Positions 35,180-45,256 are shown, counted from the stretch's first letter. The stretch is DNA of 51,854 nucleotides from Clostridiales bacterium (GCA_012729975.1 JAAYBW010000058.1:1-51854), one strand, 5' to 3'. Numbers and translations are program-made. The notes: generated from the sequence alone by a model not told the origin.

Positions 35180-36877
35180 ATGAAATATAAAAAACTGCTT
35201 CGCCGGGCGTTTCTTTTTTCGCTGGTGCTTATAATCATTACAGGAAATAAACCCGGTGCATCTGCCTACTCAAACCCGAATACGACACTTCGCATCGGCT
35301 TATATTATGACAACGACACGCTGGCATCGGCGAATCTGGAAGCAAAGGTCGGAAACGGTTTTGAGTTCGGGTATTTTACCTCCGACAGGAACTTTGTCTC
35401 GCTCGGCGCGATATCCGAGACAAAAATAACAATGATGAAAGATCTCAATATGTATCTTGGCTCAGACTACAAATACTATGATGCGGAGCCGCAGAGTATT
35501 AAAGATATTGTAGGCTGTTATCATATACTGCTTGACAGCTCGGCAGACTCGTATGCAGCCGCCGTTTCTATTGCCGGGAATTACGGTGATGCTTTTCCGG
35601 CATATTATAACGGCGTGTGGCGCGTATGCGTCGGCAGTTATACTTCATATGATGGTGCTCAAGCGGCAATGGCGCAAAGGGGGATATCCGGTACGGCAAT
35701 GTCCGCCAGCAGCGCTTGCATAACAGTCACAATAACCGGAACCACAAAAATCATCTTTGAGTTTGATTGCGGCTCAAACTTGTCTCTGGCTGTGTCCGCG
35801 ATTGACGGAACGGACTCGACGGGTACCGCTAAAAAAGCTCAGAGCTGGTTCAAGGGGCGAAGCTATTACGGAGCGTTTGAGTATACAAGGCTTACGGGTA
35901 AGAATATTACGGTAGTTAACATTGTAGACATTGAGGACTATGTTAAAGGTGTTATACCCTATGAAATGGGACCGGGCTGGCCGGCTGAGGCACTGAAGGC
36001 TCAGGCGCTGTGCGCCCGGACATACGGAGCCGCTCGGGTAAATAACCATAAGAGCAAGGGATTTGATCTTTGCAATACTACATGCTGTCAGGCGTACTGC
36101 GGAACCGATGGAGCTAACGCCGATACCGATAAAGCTGTGGATGAAACCGCCGGGCTGTACGTTTTGCATAATGGAGAGCTTTGTGATACCGTATTTCATT
36201 CGTCTGACGGTGGGGCCACCGAACACTCAGAAAATGTCTTTTATGCAGCGGAACCGTACCTCAGAGGGGTTAAGGATAATTTTGAGTCAATGGTTAACAC
36301 GGGCTACGCGAGCTGGAGTTTTACATATTCGGCCGATGAGATAACATGGATTCTGCGACAAAAAGGATTTAATTGCGGTAATATAGTAAGTATCACGCCT
36401 ACCTATACTGAAAACGGTAATATTTACTCACTTAAATTCACGGACTCAAACGGGAAAAGCTGGACTTTCTCAAAAAGCAACGCAGGCAGTATACTCTACA
36501 GTTCTTCTCTCAAAAAGTATACATACAGTCAGCGTTTTACTGTTGTTAGCTCAGACAACAGCGGCGTTGCGCTGTATGTTAACAGCGCTTCAAATCCTGT
36601 ACAGGATAATACGGGCCTTTACGCTGTCGGTACCGGCGGGGAGATTCGGGCATTGGGGAATACGGGACAATTATCTGTGATTACGGCGTCTGGGCAGGAG
36701 ACAGTCAGTATTTTAGGCAGCGGCGTAACACAGAGCGGAAGCAGTTATATTGTCAGCGGTAGCGGCTGGGGACATAACGTCGGTATGAGCCAGTATGGTG
36801 CCAACGCGATGGCAAAGCTGGGATATACTTATGAGGATATAATAAAATTTTACTATACCGGGGTGTCTATAGGGTGA
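35180..36877 (+). CDS. SpoIID/LytB-domain protein (enlarged, 565 aa)
   Basis: It has a signal peptide and SpoIID signatures: EDYVKGVIPYEMGPGWPAEALKAQALCARTY, CNTTCCQAY, FHSSDGGATE and GHNVGMSQYGA. Confidence 0.85.
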   Translation: MKYKKLLRRAFLFSLVLIIITGNKPGASAYSNPNTTLRIGLYYDNDTLASANLEAKVGNGFEFGYFTSDRNFVSLGAISETKITMMKDLNMYLGSDYKYYDAEPQSIKDIVGCYHILLDSSADSYAAAVSIAGNYGDAFPAYYNGVWRVCVGSYTSYDGAQAAMAQRGISGTAMSASSACITVTITGTTKIIFEFDCGSNLSLAVSAIDGTDSTGTAKKAQSWFKGRSYYGAFEYTRLTGKNITVVNIVDIEDYVKGVIPYEMGPGWPAEALKAQALCARTYGAARVNNHKSKGFDLCNTTCCQAYCGTDGANADTDKAVDETAGLYVLHNGELCDTVFHSSDGGATEHSENVFYAAEPYLRGVKDNFESMVNTGYASWSFTYSADEITWILRQKGFNCGNIVSITPTYTENGNIYSLKFTDSNGKSWTFSKSNAGSILYSSSLKKYTYSQRFTVVSSDNSGVALYVNSASNPVQDNTGLYAVGTGGEIRALGNTGQLSVITASGQETVSILGSGVTQSGSSYIVSGSGWGHNVGMSQYGANAMAKLGYTYEDIIKFYYTGVSIG

Positions 36878-37896
36878 AGACCAGTGATTTTTATTATGAG
36901 CTTCCGGAGAATTTAATAGCGCAGACACCCGAAGTGCGAAGAGACGCGTCAAAGCTTATGCTGCTCGACAAAGCAACGGGAGAAATTGGACACAGGCACT
37001 TTTTTGAGCTCCCGCGGATATTAAGACCGGGAGACTGCCTTGTACTTAACGACTCCAGGGTATTGCCTGCAAGATTGATAGGCAATACCGAAGTCGGAGC
37101 AGCGGTTGAATTGCTGCTGCTGAACGATAAAGGAGACGGACTCTGGGAATGTTTAACACGGCCCGGGAAAAAAGCCCATACCGGAACAACAATTATTTTC
37201 GGAGACGGCGCTCTGACCGCGAAGGTTGAACAAACGCTTCCTGACGGCAACAGGCTGGTTCGCATGTCCTGTCGGGGCATATTTATGGAGGAGCTTGAAA
37301 GGCTCGGCAGGATGCCGCTGCCTCCCTATATAAAAAAGGAACTTAAAGACGCAGAGCGCTATCAAACCGTATACTCAAAAAACATAGGCAGCGCAGCTGC
37401 GCCTACCGCAGGGCTTCACTTTACCAAAGAGCTTATTGAGGAGCTCAGGTCGGCGGGGATAGAAATCCGCTTTATTACTCTCCATGTGGGCCTGGGAACA
37501 TTCCGCCCCGTCAGAGAGGAAGACCTGGAAAACCACAGTATGCACCCGGAATACTGCCAAATATCAGCCGAAACGGCAAAAAGTCTGAATACCGCTAAGC
37601 GCGAGGGCCGCAGGATAGTCGCCTGCGGCACAACTTCGTGTAGAACACTGGAAGCAGTATCGGATGAATACGGGTATTTGCGAGAATTCGCAGGATGGGT
37701 GAATATCTTTTTATACCCGGGATATACCTTTAAAATCACGGACGCGTTGATAACTAATTTTCATCTTCCCGAAAGCACACTGATAATGCTTGTGTCAGCG
37801 CTTGCCGGACGCGAAAACATTTTAAGAGCGTACAGAACTGCGGTTGAAAAAGATTACAGATTCTTCAGCTTTGGTGACGCGATGCTGATACAATAA
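36874..37896 (+). CDS. queA: S-adenosylmethionine:tRNA ribosyltransferase-isomerase
   Basis: It starts at GTG in a GTGA overlap with the previous stop. It reads DFYYELPENLIAQTP and has a TAGLHFT motif. Confidence 0.95.
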   Translation: MKTSDFYYELPENLIAQTPEVRRDASKLMLLDKATGEIGHRHFFELPRILRPGDCLVLNDSRVLPARLIGNTEVGAAVELLLLNDKGDGLWECLTRPGKKAHTGTTIIFGDGALTAKVEQTLPDGNRLVRMSCRGIFMEELERLGRMPLPPYIKKELKDAERYQTVYSKNIGSAAAPTAGLHFTKELIEELRSAGIEIRFITLHVGLGTFRPVREEDLENHSMHPEYCQISAETAKSLNTAKREGRRIVACGTTSCRTLEAVSDEYGYLREFAGWVNIFLYPGYTFKITDALITNFHLPESTLIMLVSALAGRENILRAYRTAVEKDYRFFSFGDAMLIQ

Positions 37897-37906
37897 GGAG
37901 CAGCCT

Positions 37907-39028
37907 ATGTTTGAGTTGTTGGCAGTAGACGGCCGGGCAAGGCGAGGCAGGCTTTACACCGCGCATGGACAGGCGGAAACGCCTGCATTTATGAATGTCG
38001 GCACACAGGCCGCGATAAAGGGCGCGGTCTCGGCAGATGATTTAAGGGACATTGAGTGTCAGATAGAATTGTCGAACACATATCATCTGCATTTGCGACC
38101 CGGGGAAGACCTTGTGAGATCTGCCGGCGGACTTCATAAATTTATGAACTGGAGCGGTCCGATTTTAACGGATAGCGGCGGATTTCAGATATTCTCACTG
38201 GCAAAACTAAGAAATGTGAAAGAAGAAGGAGTATACTTCAACTCACACATAGACGGCCGCAAAATTTTCATGTCGCCGGAAATCAGTATGGCGATTCAAT
38301 CTTCTTTAGGTTCGGATATTGCTATGGCTTTTGACGAATGTGTGGGTATGCCGTGTAAAGAAGAATATATGATTGAGGCGTGCAAGCGAACTTTAAATTG
38401 GCTCGTTCGATGCGCGGATGAAATAAAAAGGCTTAATTCCGGAACCGATGCGGTTAATCGCGGCCAGGTCCTTTTCGGGATCAATCAGGGAGGCATTTCT
38501 TCTTCGCTGCGTGTCTGGCATATGCGGGAGATAGCGGCGCTGGACCTTGCGGGCTATGCGATAGGCGGCCTGGCGGTCGGAGAGACTCATGAGGATATGT
38601 ACGCTACTGTCGATGCCGTAGAGCCTTTTATGCCGGTAAACAAACCCCGTTATCTTATGGGTGTGGGGACACCCGCTAATATTGTGGAATGCGTTGGACT
38701 CGGAATAGATATGTTCGACTGTGTTATGCCCGCAAGGAACGGAAGACACGGTAAGTTTTATACAAAAAACGGTGCTATAAATATAAAAAACGAAAAATAC
38801 GAAAAAGATTTGGCTCCGATCGATTCAGAATGCGCCTGTCCGGTTTGCACAAATTACTCGAGGGCGTATATCAGACATCTTTTTAAAGCCGGTGAGCTTC
38901 TTGCGCTGCGTTTCGGGGTTATACACAATTTATACTATTATAATGAGCTTATGGGCCGGATAAGAAACGCAATAGAAACGGGCAGCTATACAGAGTTCCG
39001 CAGGGAGTTTTATGCGCGGGGTGGATAA
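37907..39028 (+). CDS. tgt: Queuine tRNA-ribosyltransferase
   Basis: It contains DSGGFQ, the zinc site CxCxxC (CACPVC) and the HNLYYY tail. Confidence 0.95.
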   Translation: MFELLAVDGRARRGRLYTAHGQAETPAFMNVGTQAAIKGAVSADDLRDIECQIELSNTYHLHLRPGEDLVRSAGGLHKFMNWSGPILTDSGGFQIFSLAKLRNVKEEGVYFNSHIDGRKIFMSPEISMAIQSSLGSDIAMAFDECVGMPCKEEYMIEACKRTLNWLVRCADEIKRLNSGTDAVNRGQVLFGINQGGISSSLRVWHMREIAALDLAGYAIGGLAVGETHEDMYATVDAVEPFMPVNKPRYLMGVGTPANIVECVGLGIDMFDCVMPARNGRHGKFYTKNGAINIKNEKYEKDLAPIDSECACPVCTNYSRAYIRHLFKAGELLALRFGVIHNLYYYNELMGRIRNAIETGSYTEFRREFYARGG

Positions 39029-39044
39029 GGAAGATAAAAAGGTG

Positions 39045-39073
39045 TTGCATTCAGCATAAATACTGGGTATAAT
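39045..39073 (+). promoter_or_regulatory. Candidate sigma-A promoter for yajC
   Basis: TTGCAT (39045..39050), a 17-nt spacer, then TATAAT (39068..39073). A second TATAAT lies at 39078..39083. Confidence 0.5.
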
Positions 39074-39101
39074 CAGGTATAATTTTTAGGAGGTCATATA
39101 T

Positions 39102-39515
39102 TTGAAGCATAATAAAGTTGCGAGATTAGCAGCGCTTGTACTTATGGCGGTGCTGTTTTTCGCATTGTTTACCGGCTGTCTGCCGACAAGCGCGACACCG
39201 GCCGACTCAACCGATACACAGGCGGCAGGCGGATTCGGGAACTACTCCTATATCCTTATGTTCGTTCTCCTGATAGCTGTGTTTTATTTCTTCCTTATCA
39301 GACCGGAAAACAAGAAGAAAAAGAAACTTGCCGAAATGAGAAACGAGCTTGCGGTTGGCGACGATATAACCACAATAGGCGGTATGGTAGGGAAGGTCTG
39401 TTCGATCAAGGACGATCTTATAACATTTGAAACCGGAGAAGACAGGGTTCGTATACAGATAACAAAGTGGGCGATCTCTTCCAAAGGAACGGAAACCACA
39501 CACGCGCAGAAGTAA
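39102..39515 (+). CDS. yajC: Preprotein translocase subunit YajC with N-terminal lipoprotein-type signal peptide
   Basis: The start is TTG, 8 nt after AGGAGG. The YajC core is ILMFVLLIAVFYFFLIRPENKKKKKLAEMRNEL.VGD.ITTIGG..G.V. It is preceded by MKHNKVARLAALVLMAVLFFALFTGC, which looks like a lipobox. Confidence 0.85.
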   Translation: MKHNKVARLAALVLMAVLFFALFTGCLPTSATPADSTDTQAAGGFGNYSYILMFVLLIAVFYFFLIRPENKKKKKLAEMRNELAVGDDITTIGGMVGKVCSIKDDLITFETGEDRVRIQITKWAISSKGTETTHAQK

Positions 39516-39528
39516 AATAGCTATTTAG

Positions 39529-39566
39529 AATGAAGACAAAATCGTATGGTTTTGTCTTCATTTTTT
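39529..39566 (+). terminator. Intrinsic terminator after yajC
   Basis: aatgaagacaaaa-tcgtatgg-ttttgtcttcatt forms a 13-bp stem followed by TTTT. Confidence 0.8.
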
Positions 39567-39630
39567 GCATTAAATCCTCTTCGCCCGAATAACAATGTTG
39601 TACAAACTTGTTTGGGCAGGAGGTTTTTTT

Positions 39631-40038
39631 ATGTCCGAAAAAAAACGCGGGGTTTTATCCGGATTATCAAAAGGTATACTGGCGTCAGCGGTATCATTAA
39701 TAGTAATGCTTTTTGTCGGTGCGGCGCTGACAGCTTCGGGAAAGCTGCCGGTTGATAGCGTGAGGGTATATAACATAGCCGCAATGTTTATTGCCGGTAT
39801 AATCGGTGCTGTCTGTATGGGTAAAAAGATAAGAACTAATCGCCTGCCTGTCTGCCTGATCAATGCGGTTATTATCTTTGCGGTAATATTTCTTTTTGGC
39901 AGAGCGATTTGGAAAGATGCCGTAACTACAAAACAAATCGGCTTTGAACTGCTTGCAATAATGCTCGGCTCAATTGTCGGTTACAGCATAATAACTAAAA
40001 GGAGAAGAAGTCCATCCGCGCGTTATCACAGGAAGTAA
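39631..40038 (+). CDS. Small 4-TM membrane protein, function unknown
   Basis: ATG 39631 follows AGGAGG; the track start is 39595. It has four hydrophobic segments and a basic C-terminus. Confidence 0.6.
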   Translation: MSEKKRGVLSGLSKGILASAVSLIVMLFVGAALTASGKLPVDSVRVYNIAAMFIAGIIGAVCMGKKIRTNRLPVCLINAVIIFAVIFLFGRAIWKDAVTTKQIGFELLAIMLGSIVGYSIITKRRRSPSARYHRK

Positions 40039-40318
40039 TCGCGAGCGGCGTTAACGTGAAGTACATTAAAAGACAACATCTTGTATTTGCGCTGTTCTTT
40101 TATACAAAATGATGTATACATAAGCGGGCGAAGTCCGAACGGTTGGCACCATCAGTTAACAAGTTAACATAATATTGTTTACATAAAAAATCGGCATAAT
40201 AGACAAAAATATGTTATTTTACCAGTTATTCTTGATTATCGATACGGTTTGTACTATATTTATAAGCACATTACTGCTGTAAATACCGAACTTTGCCGAT
40301 AATCATAATAACTGACCG

Positions 40319-40948
40319 GTGAAGGAGTGTTACGCTGCAGTGCGAAAATCAGCCGTTTTTTATGAAGTTGGCAATCGCATCTATAAAGGCTTGTTTCTTA
40401 TTTGCGTTGCTTTTTTAGCAGTTGGCACATTGATGGGGCTTGTTTCGGCAAGCTTTGCCGAAAATACATCACAGGTTACAGAATACAGTTCATTGAATGT
40501 TTTGTTCGGTTACATAAATTCAGATGGGGTTGGAATAAAAGCCTTTATTAATTCCTTTATTTCAGCGTCAATTCTCTGCTTAGCGGTATTCATTTTGACT
40601 TTTTTTGTCTTTGGCTATATTTTCATCCCCTTGGTATCGATGATAAAAGGTTTTTTGCTTAGTTTTTTTTCAGCGTCGATTTTAACGATTTACGGAAATT
40701 CGGGTATTTGGATTTCTATTGTTTATTGTTCTTTGGATATTTTTATTTGCATTCCCTGTCTTCTGGCTTTTTCCGCATATTGTATGAGAACTTCATCAAA
40801 ACTTACTCAGGTCGTTTTTAGCGGTTCTTGTGCTAAGCCTTTCACAGGCAGCTTTTTTCTTGTATCTCTGTTTACACTATCTGTTTTATTCTTTACATCA
40901 ATCCTTAAGTCTTACTTGATACCGCAGATAATTACTTTGCTTATTTAG
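40319..40948 (+). CDS. spoIIM: Polytopic membrane protein, stage II sporulation protein M-like
   Basis: It is about 209 aa with 5 predicted TM helices and sits immediately upstream of xerD, a common arrangement in Clostridia. The assignment rests on size, topology and context, not on motifs. The start is uncertain: GTG 40319, or GTG 40340 with AAGGAG upstream. Confidence 0.45.
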   Translation: MKECYAAVRKSAVFYEVGNRIYKGLFLICVAFLAVGTLMGLVSASFAENTSQVTEYSSLNVLFGYINSDGVGIKAFINSFISASILCLAVFILTFFVFGYIFIPLVSMIKGFLLSFFSASILTIYGNSGIWISIVYCSLDIFICIPCLLAFSAYCMRTSSKLTQVVFSGSCAKPFTGSFFLVSLFTLSVLFFTSILKSYLIPQIITLLI

Positions 40949-40987
40949 CTGATTACATTTGAGGGGAGGCTGCCCGAAATAGACGAT

Positions 40988-41866
40988 ATGCTGATTGCCA
41001 AGTATGAAAACTACCTTAAAAGCGAAAAACATGTCTCTTCAAATACGTTGGTATCCTACCTGCGTGATGTAAATCAGTTTAATAAATATTTATCCAGATA
41101 TACTTCCGCTGCACTTGAGGATGTTTCTGGAGAAATTGTTTCTGCTTATGTGCAGTGGCTTAAAAAAGATGGAAAGTCTGTTGCTACACTATCCCGCTCC
41201 GTTGCTTCTTTGAAGTGCTTTTACAGTTATCTCAGAGAGAAAAACATTGTTGAAATAAATCCGGCGGAACATGTCGCACTCGACAAGCAAAACAGAAAAC
41301 TCCCTCAAATACTTTCGAGTAAAGAGGTAGAGATTTTTCTTGAGCAGCCTGATACGGGCGACATGAAGGGTATCCGGGATAAAGCCATGCTTGAACTTCT
41401 GTATGCAACCGGGATTCGTGTTACGGAGCTCATTGACCTTGATCTTTCGGATATAAATATATCCGCGGGAATAATACGCTGCAGGGGAAAGGATAAGGAG
41501 CGCTTTATCCCTATGTATTCTGTTGCGATAAAGGCGATTTCCGACTATATTGACCGGGTTCGTCCGAACATGATAGCCGATCCCGAAGAGGAAGCTCTAT
41601 TTGTTAATGTTTCAGGTGCCCGCATGTCACGTCAGGGCTTCTGGAAGATTGTTAAATCGTACCAGCAAAAGGCCGGGATCGATAAAGAAATAACACCGCA
41701 TACTTTAAGACATTCTTTTGCTGCGCACCTGCTTGAAAACGGTGCCGATTTGCGCTCCATTCAGGAAATGCTCGGTCATGCGGATATTTCATCAACGCAG
41801 GTATATGCTAAAATAGTGAAAAAACAGCTTAAGGATGTATACAATAAAGCGCATCCCAGAGCCTGA
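40988..41866 (+). CDS. xerD: Tyrosine recombinase XerD/XerC family
   Basis: It has the catalytic region TPHTLRHSFAAHLLENGADLRSIQEMLGHADISSTQVY and an N-terminal SAM-like domain. Confidence 0.9.
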   Translation: MLIAKYENYLKSEKHVSSNTLVSYLRDVNQFNKYLSRYTSAALEDVSGEIVSAYVQWLKKDGKSVATLSRSVASLKCFYSYLREKNIVEINPAEHVALDKQNRKLPQILSSKEVEIFLEQPDTGDMKGIRDKAMLELLYATGIRVTELIDLDLSDINISAGIIRCRGKDKERFIPMYSVAIKAISDYIDRVRPNMIADPEEEALFVNVSGARMSRQGFWKIVKSYQQKAGIDKEITPHTLRHSFAAHLLENGADLRSIQEMLGHADISSTQVYAKIVKKQLKDVYNKAHPRA

Positions 41867-41882
41867 TTACACGGAGAAAAAC

Positions 41883-42779
41883 ATGAGCATTTTCAGACCT
41901 TATCAATACAAACAGAAACCGGACTTTCCGGCAAATGCGCCGTTGAAGAACGGTTTCTTTGTGTTTTGGGAGATTTATTTCAGAAAATTCTGGCGTCTGT
42001 TAACGGTAAATATACTTTACTTCATTATAACAATGCCTATACTTTTCTGGTTCTATATCGCCGCGACGGGCTATTTTGCCGATTCCGCAGCGCTTGCTGA
42101 GGTTGGGATGGATGCTTCCGAGCTTTTTGCCGGCATTGGCATATATTTTTCCCTTTTTGGTTTTATACCTCGTGTTTTGTATCTTCCGCTGCTGATTATA
42201 TCGATTTTGCTATATGGTCCCGCAACTATGGGGGTAACCTATATCTACAGAAATTTCGCGCGTGAGGAGCATGCCTGGGTGTCCGACTTGTTCACACGCG
42301 GTATTGCCAATATCAAGCAGGGCTTGTTTTTCGGTATTATGGATGCGGTCGTTATTTTTATGCTTCTAAACGGAGCTGCGGGCATAATTCTGAGCACAAC
42401 AAAAACCATAGCGGTTATATCTACAGTGCTTAGAGTTCTCGCATCTGTTATGCTGGTGTTTTATCTTTACATGAGGCACTATTTTTACCTTATCTCCGTA
42501 ACAATGAACCTTAGTGTTTCGGCGATAATAAAGGATTCCATTCTATTTGTCTTTATCGGCTTTCCCCGAAACGTCCTGGCGGAAATAGTAAATTTACTCA
42601 TCATAATAATATGCTTTTTTCTTGTCCCTCTTATTACTTTTATATCCGTACCCTTTTTCTTTTATGCGTTTACAGGCTTTGCTACAATCTTCATCTGTTA
42701 CCCTGTGGTCAAGAAGTATCTTATTCTTCCCGCTTTGGAAAAAGAGAAGGCTTCCGAGCCGAAAGAACCGGATGAATAA
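41883..42779 (+). CDS. DUF624 (YesL-like) membrane protein
   Basis: I trimmed the start to ATG 41883, with GGAGAAAAAC upstream. The N-terminus FWEIYFRKFWRLLTVNILYFIITMPILF is typical of the YesL family. It has several TM helices. Confidence 0.65.
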   Translation: MSIFRPYQYKQKPDFPANAPLKNGFFVFWEIYFRKFWRLLTVNILYFIITMPILFWFYIAATGYFADSAALAEVGMDASELFAGIGIYFSLFGFIPRVLYLPLLIISILLYGPATMGVTYIYRNFAREEHAWVSDLFTRGIANIKQGLFFGIMDAVVIFMLLNGAAGIILSTTKTIAVISTVLRVLASVMLVFYLYMRHYFYLISVTMNLSVSAIIKDSILFVFIGFPRNVLAEIVNLLIIIICFFLVPLITFISVPFFFYAFTGFATIFICYPVVKKYLILPALEKEKASEPKEPDE

Positions 42780-42877
42780 GGATCTTTTTCATGACAATGA
42801 GCCATATCGCTTGCAGCGCTCCGCTGCATGTGATACAATGTATCGCGGATTCGAACTTATGTTTGGTGGTGCGTACG

Positions 42878-43393
42878 TTGCTGGTGCTCGGACTTGACCC
42901 CGGAATAGCTACAGTCGGCTTCGGCGTAGTAAACATCGAAGGCGGGCTGCAGTCCGCTGTTCGTTACGGAACAATTAAAACCAGCGCGGGATTGGCACTT
43001 TCCGACCGGCTGGATTGTCTGTTTGAAGATATAAACAGTCTTCTTGAAGCTTTTCGTCCCGATGCGGTAGCAATCGAAGAGCTGTTTTTTAATACGAATA
43101 TTTCTACAGCCATATCTGTTTCTCATGGCAGGGGGGTCCTGCTTCTTGCGTGTAAACGTTTCGGGGTACCGATTTATGAATATACGCCTCTTCAGGTTAA
43201 GCAGGCTGTTGTAGGATACGGCCGGGCCGAAAAAAAGCAGGTTATGGATATGGTGAGACGTCTTCTGCGGCTGGACGATATACCTAAGCCGGATGATGCG
43301 GCGGACGCGCTTGCTATAGCTCTGTGTCACGCGCGCGCGGTTACATCTTTGCTGTTTGCGGATTGGAGCAAAAACCAATGTTCTACTACATAA
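42878..43393 (+). CDS. ruvC: Crossover junction endodeoxyribonuclease RuvC
   Basis: It contains (M)LVLGLDPGIATVGFGVV...AIEELFF and PDDAADALAIALCH. There is no ATG near the conserved N-terminus, so I propose TTG 42878, 6 nt after GGTGGTG. The track start 42791 adds 29 unlikely residues. Confidence 0.82.
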   Translation: MLVLGLDPGIATVGFGVVNIEGGLQSAVRYGTIKTSAGLALSDRLDCLFEDINSLLEAFRPDAVAIEELFFNTNISTAISVSHGRGVLLLACKRFGVPIYEYTPLQVKQAVVGYGRAEKKQVMDMVRRLLRLDDIPKPDDAADALAIALCHARAVTSLLFADWSKNQCSTT

Positions 43394-43980
43394 GCGGAAC
43401 CTTATCGGTTGTTGAACCGAACCTCGCCGTTATTGACTGCGGAGGAGTGGGATATGCCTGTCATACTACTCTTCGAACACTTTCCGGCATATCAAAAGGC
43501 GATAGAGTCAAGCTTTACACGCATTGCAATATAAGAGAGGACGCATTTGATATATACGGCTTCAGTACACAAAAAGAACTGGAGTTCTTTCAGATGCTTA
43601 TCGGAATCAGCGGTGTCGGCCCGAAAGCCGCTCTATCGTTATTATCATCTTATTCGCCGGAAGATCTTGCTGTCGCCGTTATATCCGGAAATGAGAAAGC
43701 GCTTTCCGCCGCTCCGGGGATAGGAAAGAAGATTGCTCAGAGAATCATTCTTGAAATGAAAGACAAAATGGGAGATGCACTCGGGGAACTTGCGGGCTTC
43801 GCGTCTGCGTCACTTCCCGCAGTCACAGGAGACACTGCGAAAAAAAGCTCCGACGCTGCAGCCGCGCTTATAAGTCTCGGCTATACTCCTTCGGAGATTA
43901 ATGCTGCGCTGCGCGGTTTGGATATTGATAACCTTTCAATTGAGGAGATAGTCAAAGAAGCCCTCAAGAGATCTCTTTGA
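43378..43980 (+). CDS. ruvA: Holliday junction DNA helicase RuvA
   Basis: It begins MFYYISGTL...VIDCGGVGY and has the HhH motifs ISGVGPKAA and PGIGKKIAQR. I trimmed it from track start 43324. It overlaps ruvC by 16 nt. Confidence 0.92.
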   Translation: MFYYISGTLSVVEPNLAVIDCGGVGYACHTTLRTLSGISKGDRVKLYTHCNIREDAFDIYGFSTQKELEFFQMLIGISGVGPKAALSLLSSYSPEDLAVAVISGNEKALSAAPGIGKKIAQRIILEMKDKMGDALGELAGFASASLPAVTGDTAKKSSDAAAALISLGYTPSEINAALRGLDIDNLSIEEIVKEALKRSL

Positions 43981-43992
43981 CGGGTTACGATT

Positions 43993-45039
43993 ATGAGTAT
44001 TGAATTTTCAAACCAGCCGAAAAAGGATCCGCGCCTGATTAATACTTCATTTGAACCGGATGACAAGGGTGAAGCAGGACTTCGGCCGCAGACATTAAGC
44101 GAGTACACAGGTCAGGAAAAGGCGAAGAGTAATCTGGCGGTATATATCGGCGCGGCAAGGCTTCGTCATGAACCGTTGGACCACGTTTTGCTTCATGGAC
44201 CTCCGGGTCTCGGGAAAACTACTCTCGCTTCAATAATTGCAAATGAAATGGGCGTGAATATCAGAAAAACATCCGGTCCCGCGATAGAAAAACCAAGAGA
44301 TCTTGCCGCGTTGCTTACTAATCTGGAAGAAAATGATATATTATTTATTGATGAGATTCACAGACTCAGCAGAGCTGTTGAGGAAATCCTCTATCCGGCT
44401 ATGGAGGACGGTGAGATAGATATCATCATCGGTCAGGGACCTTCCGCGAACTCGATAAGATTGGAGCTAAAGCGTTTTACCCTCGTTGGCGCAACAACCA
44501 GAGCCGGGCAGCTTTCTGCGCCGCTGCGTGATCGTTTCGGTGTAATACTCAAGCTTGAGCTGTATTCTGCGGACGAGCTTAAGCAAATAATCGAGCATAA
44601 TGCGGGTCTTCTCGGTATAGCTATCGACCGGGGCGGAGCCGAAGAGATAGCGAAACGTTCACGCGGGACTCCGAGAATCGCAAACCGATTATTAAAGCGC
44701 ATAAGAGACTTCGCGCAGTTCTGCGCGGACGGAGTTATAACCCGTGAAGTTGCCGATGATGCTTTAACGAGGCTCGAGATAGATGCGATCGGTCTTGATT
44801 CGGTTGACAGAAGGCTGCTGAAAAGTATAATCACAAATTACGACGGGGGTCCCGTGGGCCTTGAAACGCTTGCGGCTACCATTAACGAGGAGTCGGTTAC
44901 TATCGAGGATGTATATGAGCCATATCTGATGCAGCAGGGATTTTTAACCCGCACCCAAAGGGGAAGATGTGCCACAAGGCTTGCTTATGAACATCTCGGA
45001 ATAAGATATCTGAGCCAGCAGCAGCTTGATGATTTTTAG
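43993..45039 (+). CDS. ruvB: Holliday junction DNA helicase RuvB
   Basis: It has LRPQTL.EY.GQ, Walker [10 protein letters not shown] and the [11 protein letters not shown] motif. Confidence 0.97.
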   Translation: MSIEFSNQPKKDPRLINTSFEPDDKGEAGLRPQTLSEYTGQEKAKSNLAVYIGAARLRHEPLDHVLLHGPPGLGKTTLASIIANEMGVNIRKTSGPAIEKPRDLAALLTNLEENDILFIDEIHRLSRAVEEILYPAMEDGEIDIIIGQGPSANSIRLELKRFTLVGATTRAGQLSAPLRDRFGVILKLELYSADELKQIIEHNAGLLGIAIDRGGAEEIAKRSRGTPRIANRLLKRIRDFAQFCADGVITREVADDALTRLEIDAIGLDSVDRRLLKSIITNYDGGPVGLETLAATINEESVTIEDVYEPYLMQQGFLTRTQRGRCATRLAYEHLGIRYLSQQQLDDF

Positions 45040-45200
45040 GCTGACAATGTGTATCCTGCGCAAATAAGCAGAAGCCTTTAAAAACATGGTGAATAATGTT
45101 TGAGAGAATGTGTTTTATACAAAATAACGAAAATCAAGGTTATTTTAATGCTGATTTAAAAAAATAAGTGCAACAATGTTAATAATGTTTAACGATTTAC

Positions 45201-45229
45201 TTGACATTTTTCATTTAGCTTACTATAAT
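45201..45229 (+). promoter_or_regulatory. Consensus sigma-A promoter upstream of the sigH-like gene
   Basis: TTGACA (45201..45206), a 17-nt spacer, then TATAAT (45224..45229). Both hexamers match the consensus perfectly. Confidence 0.6.
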
Positions 45230-45256
45230 ACTGTCAGAATAGGGTACTGATCATTT

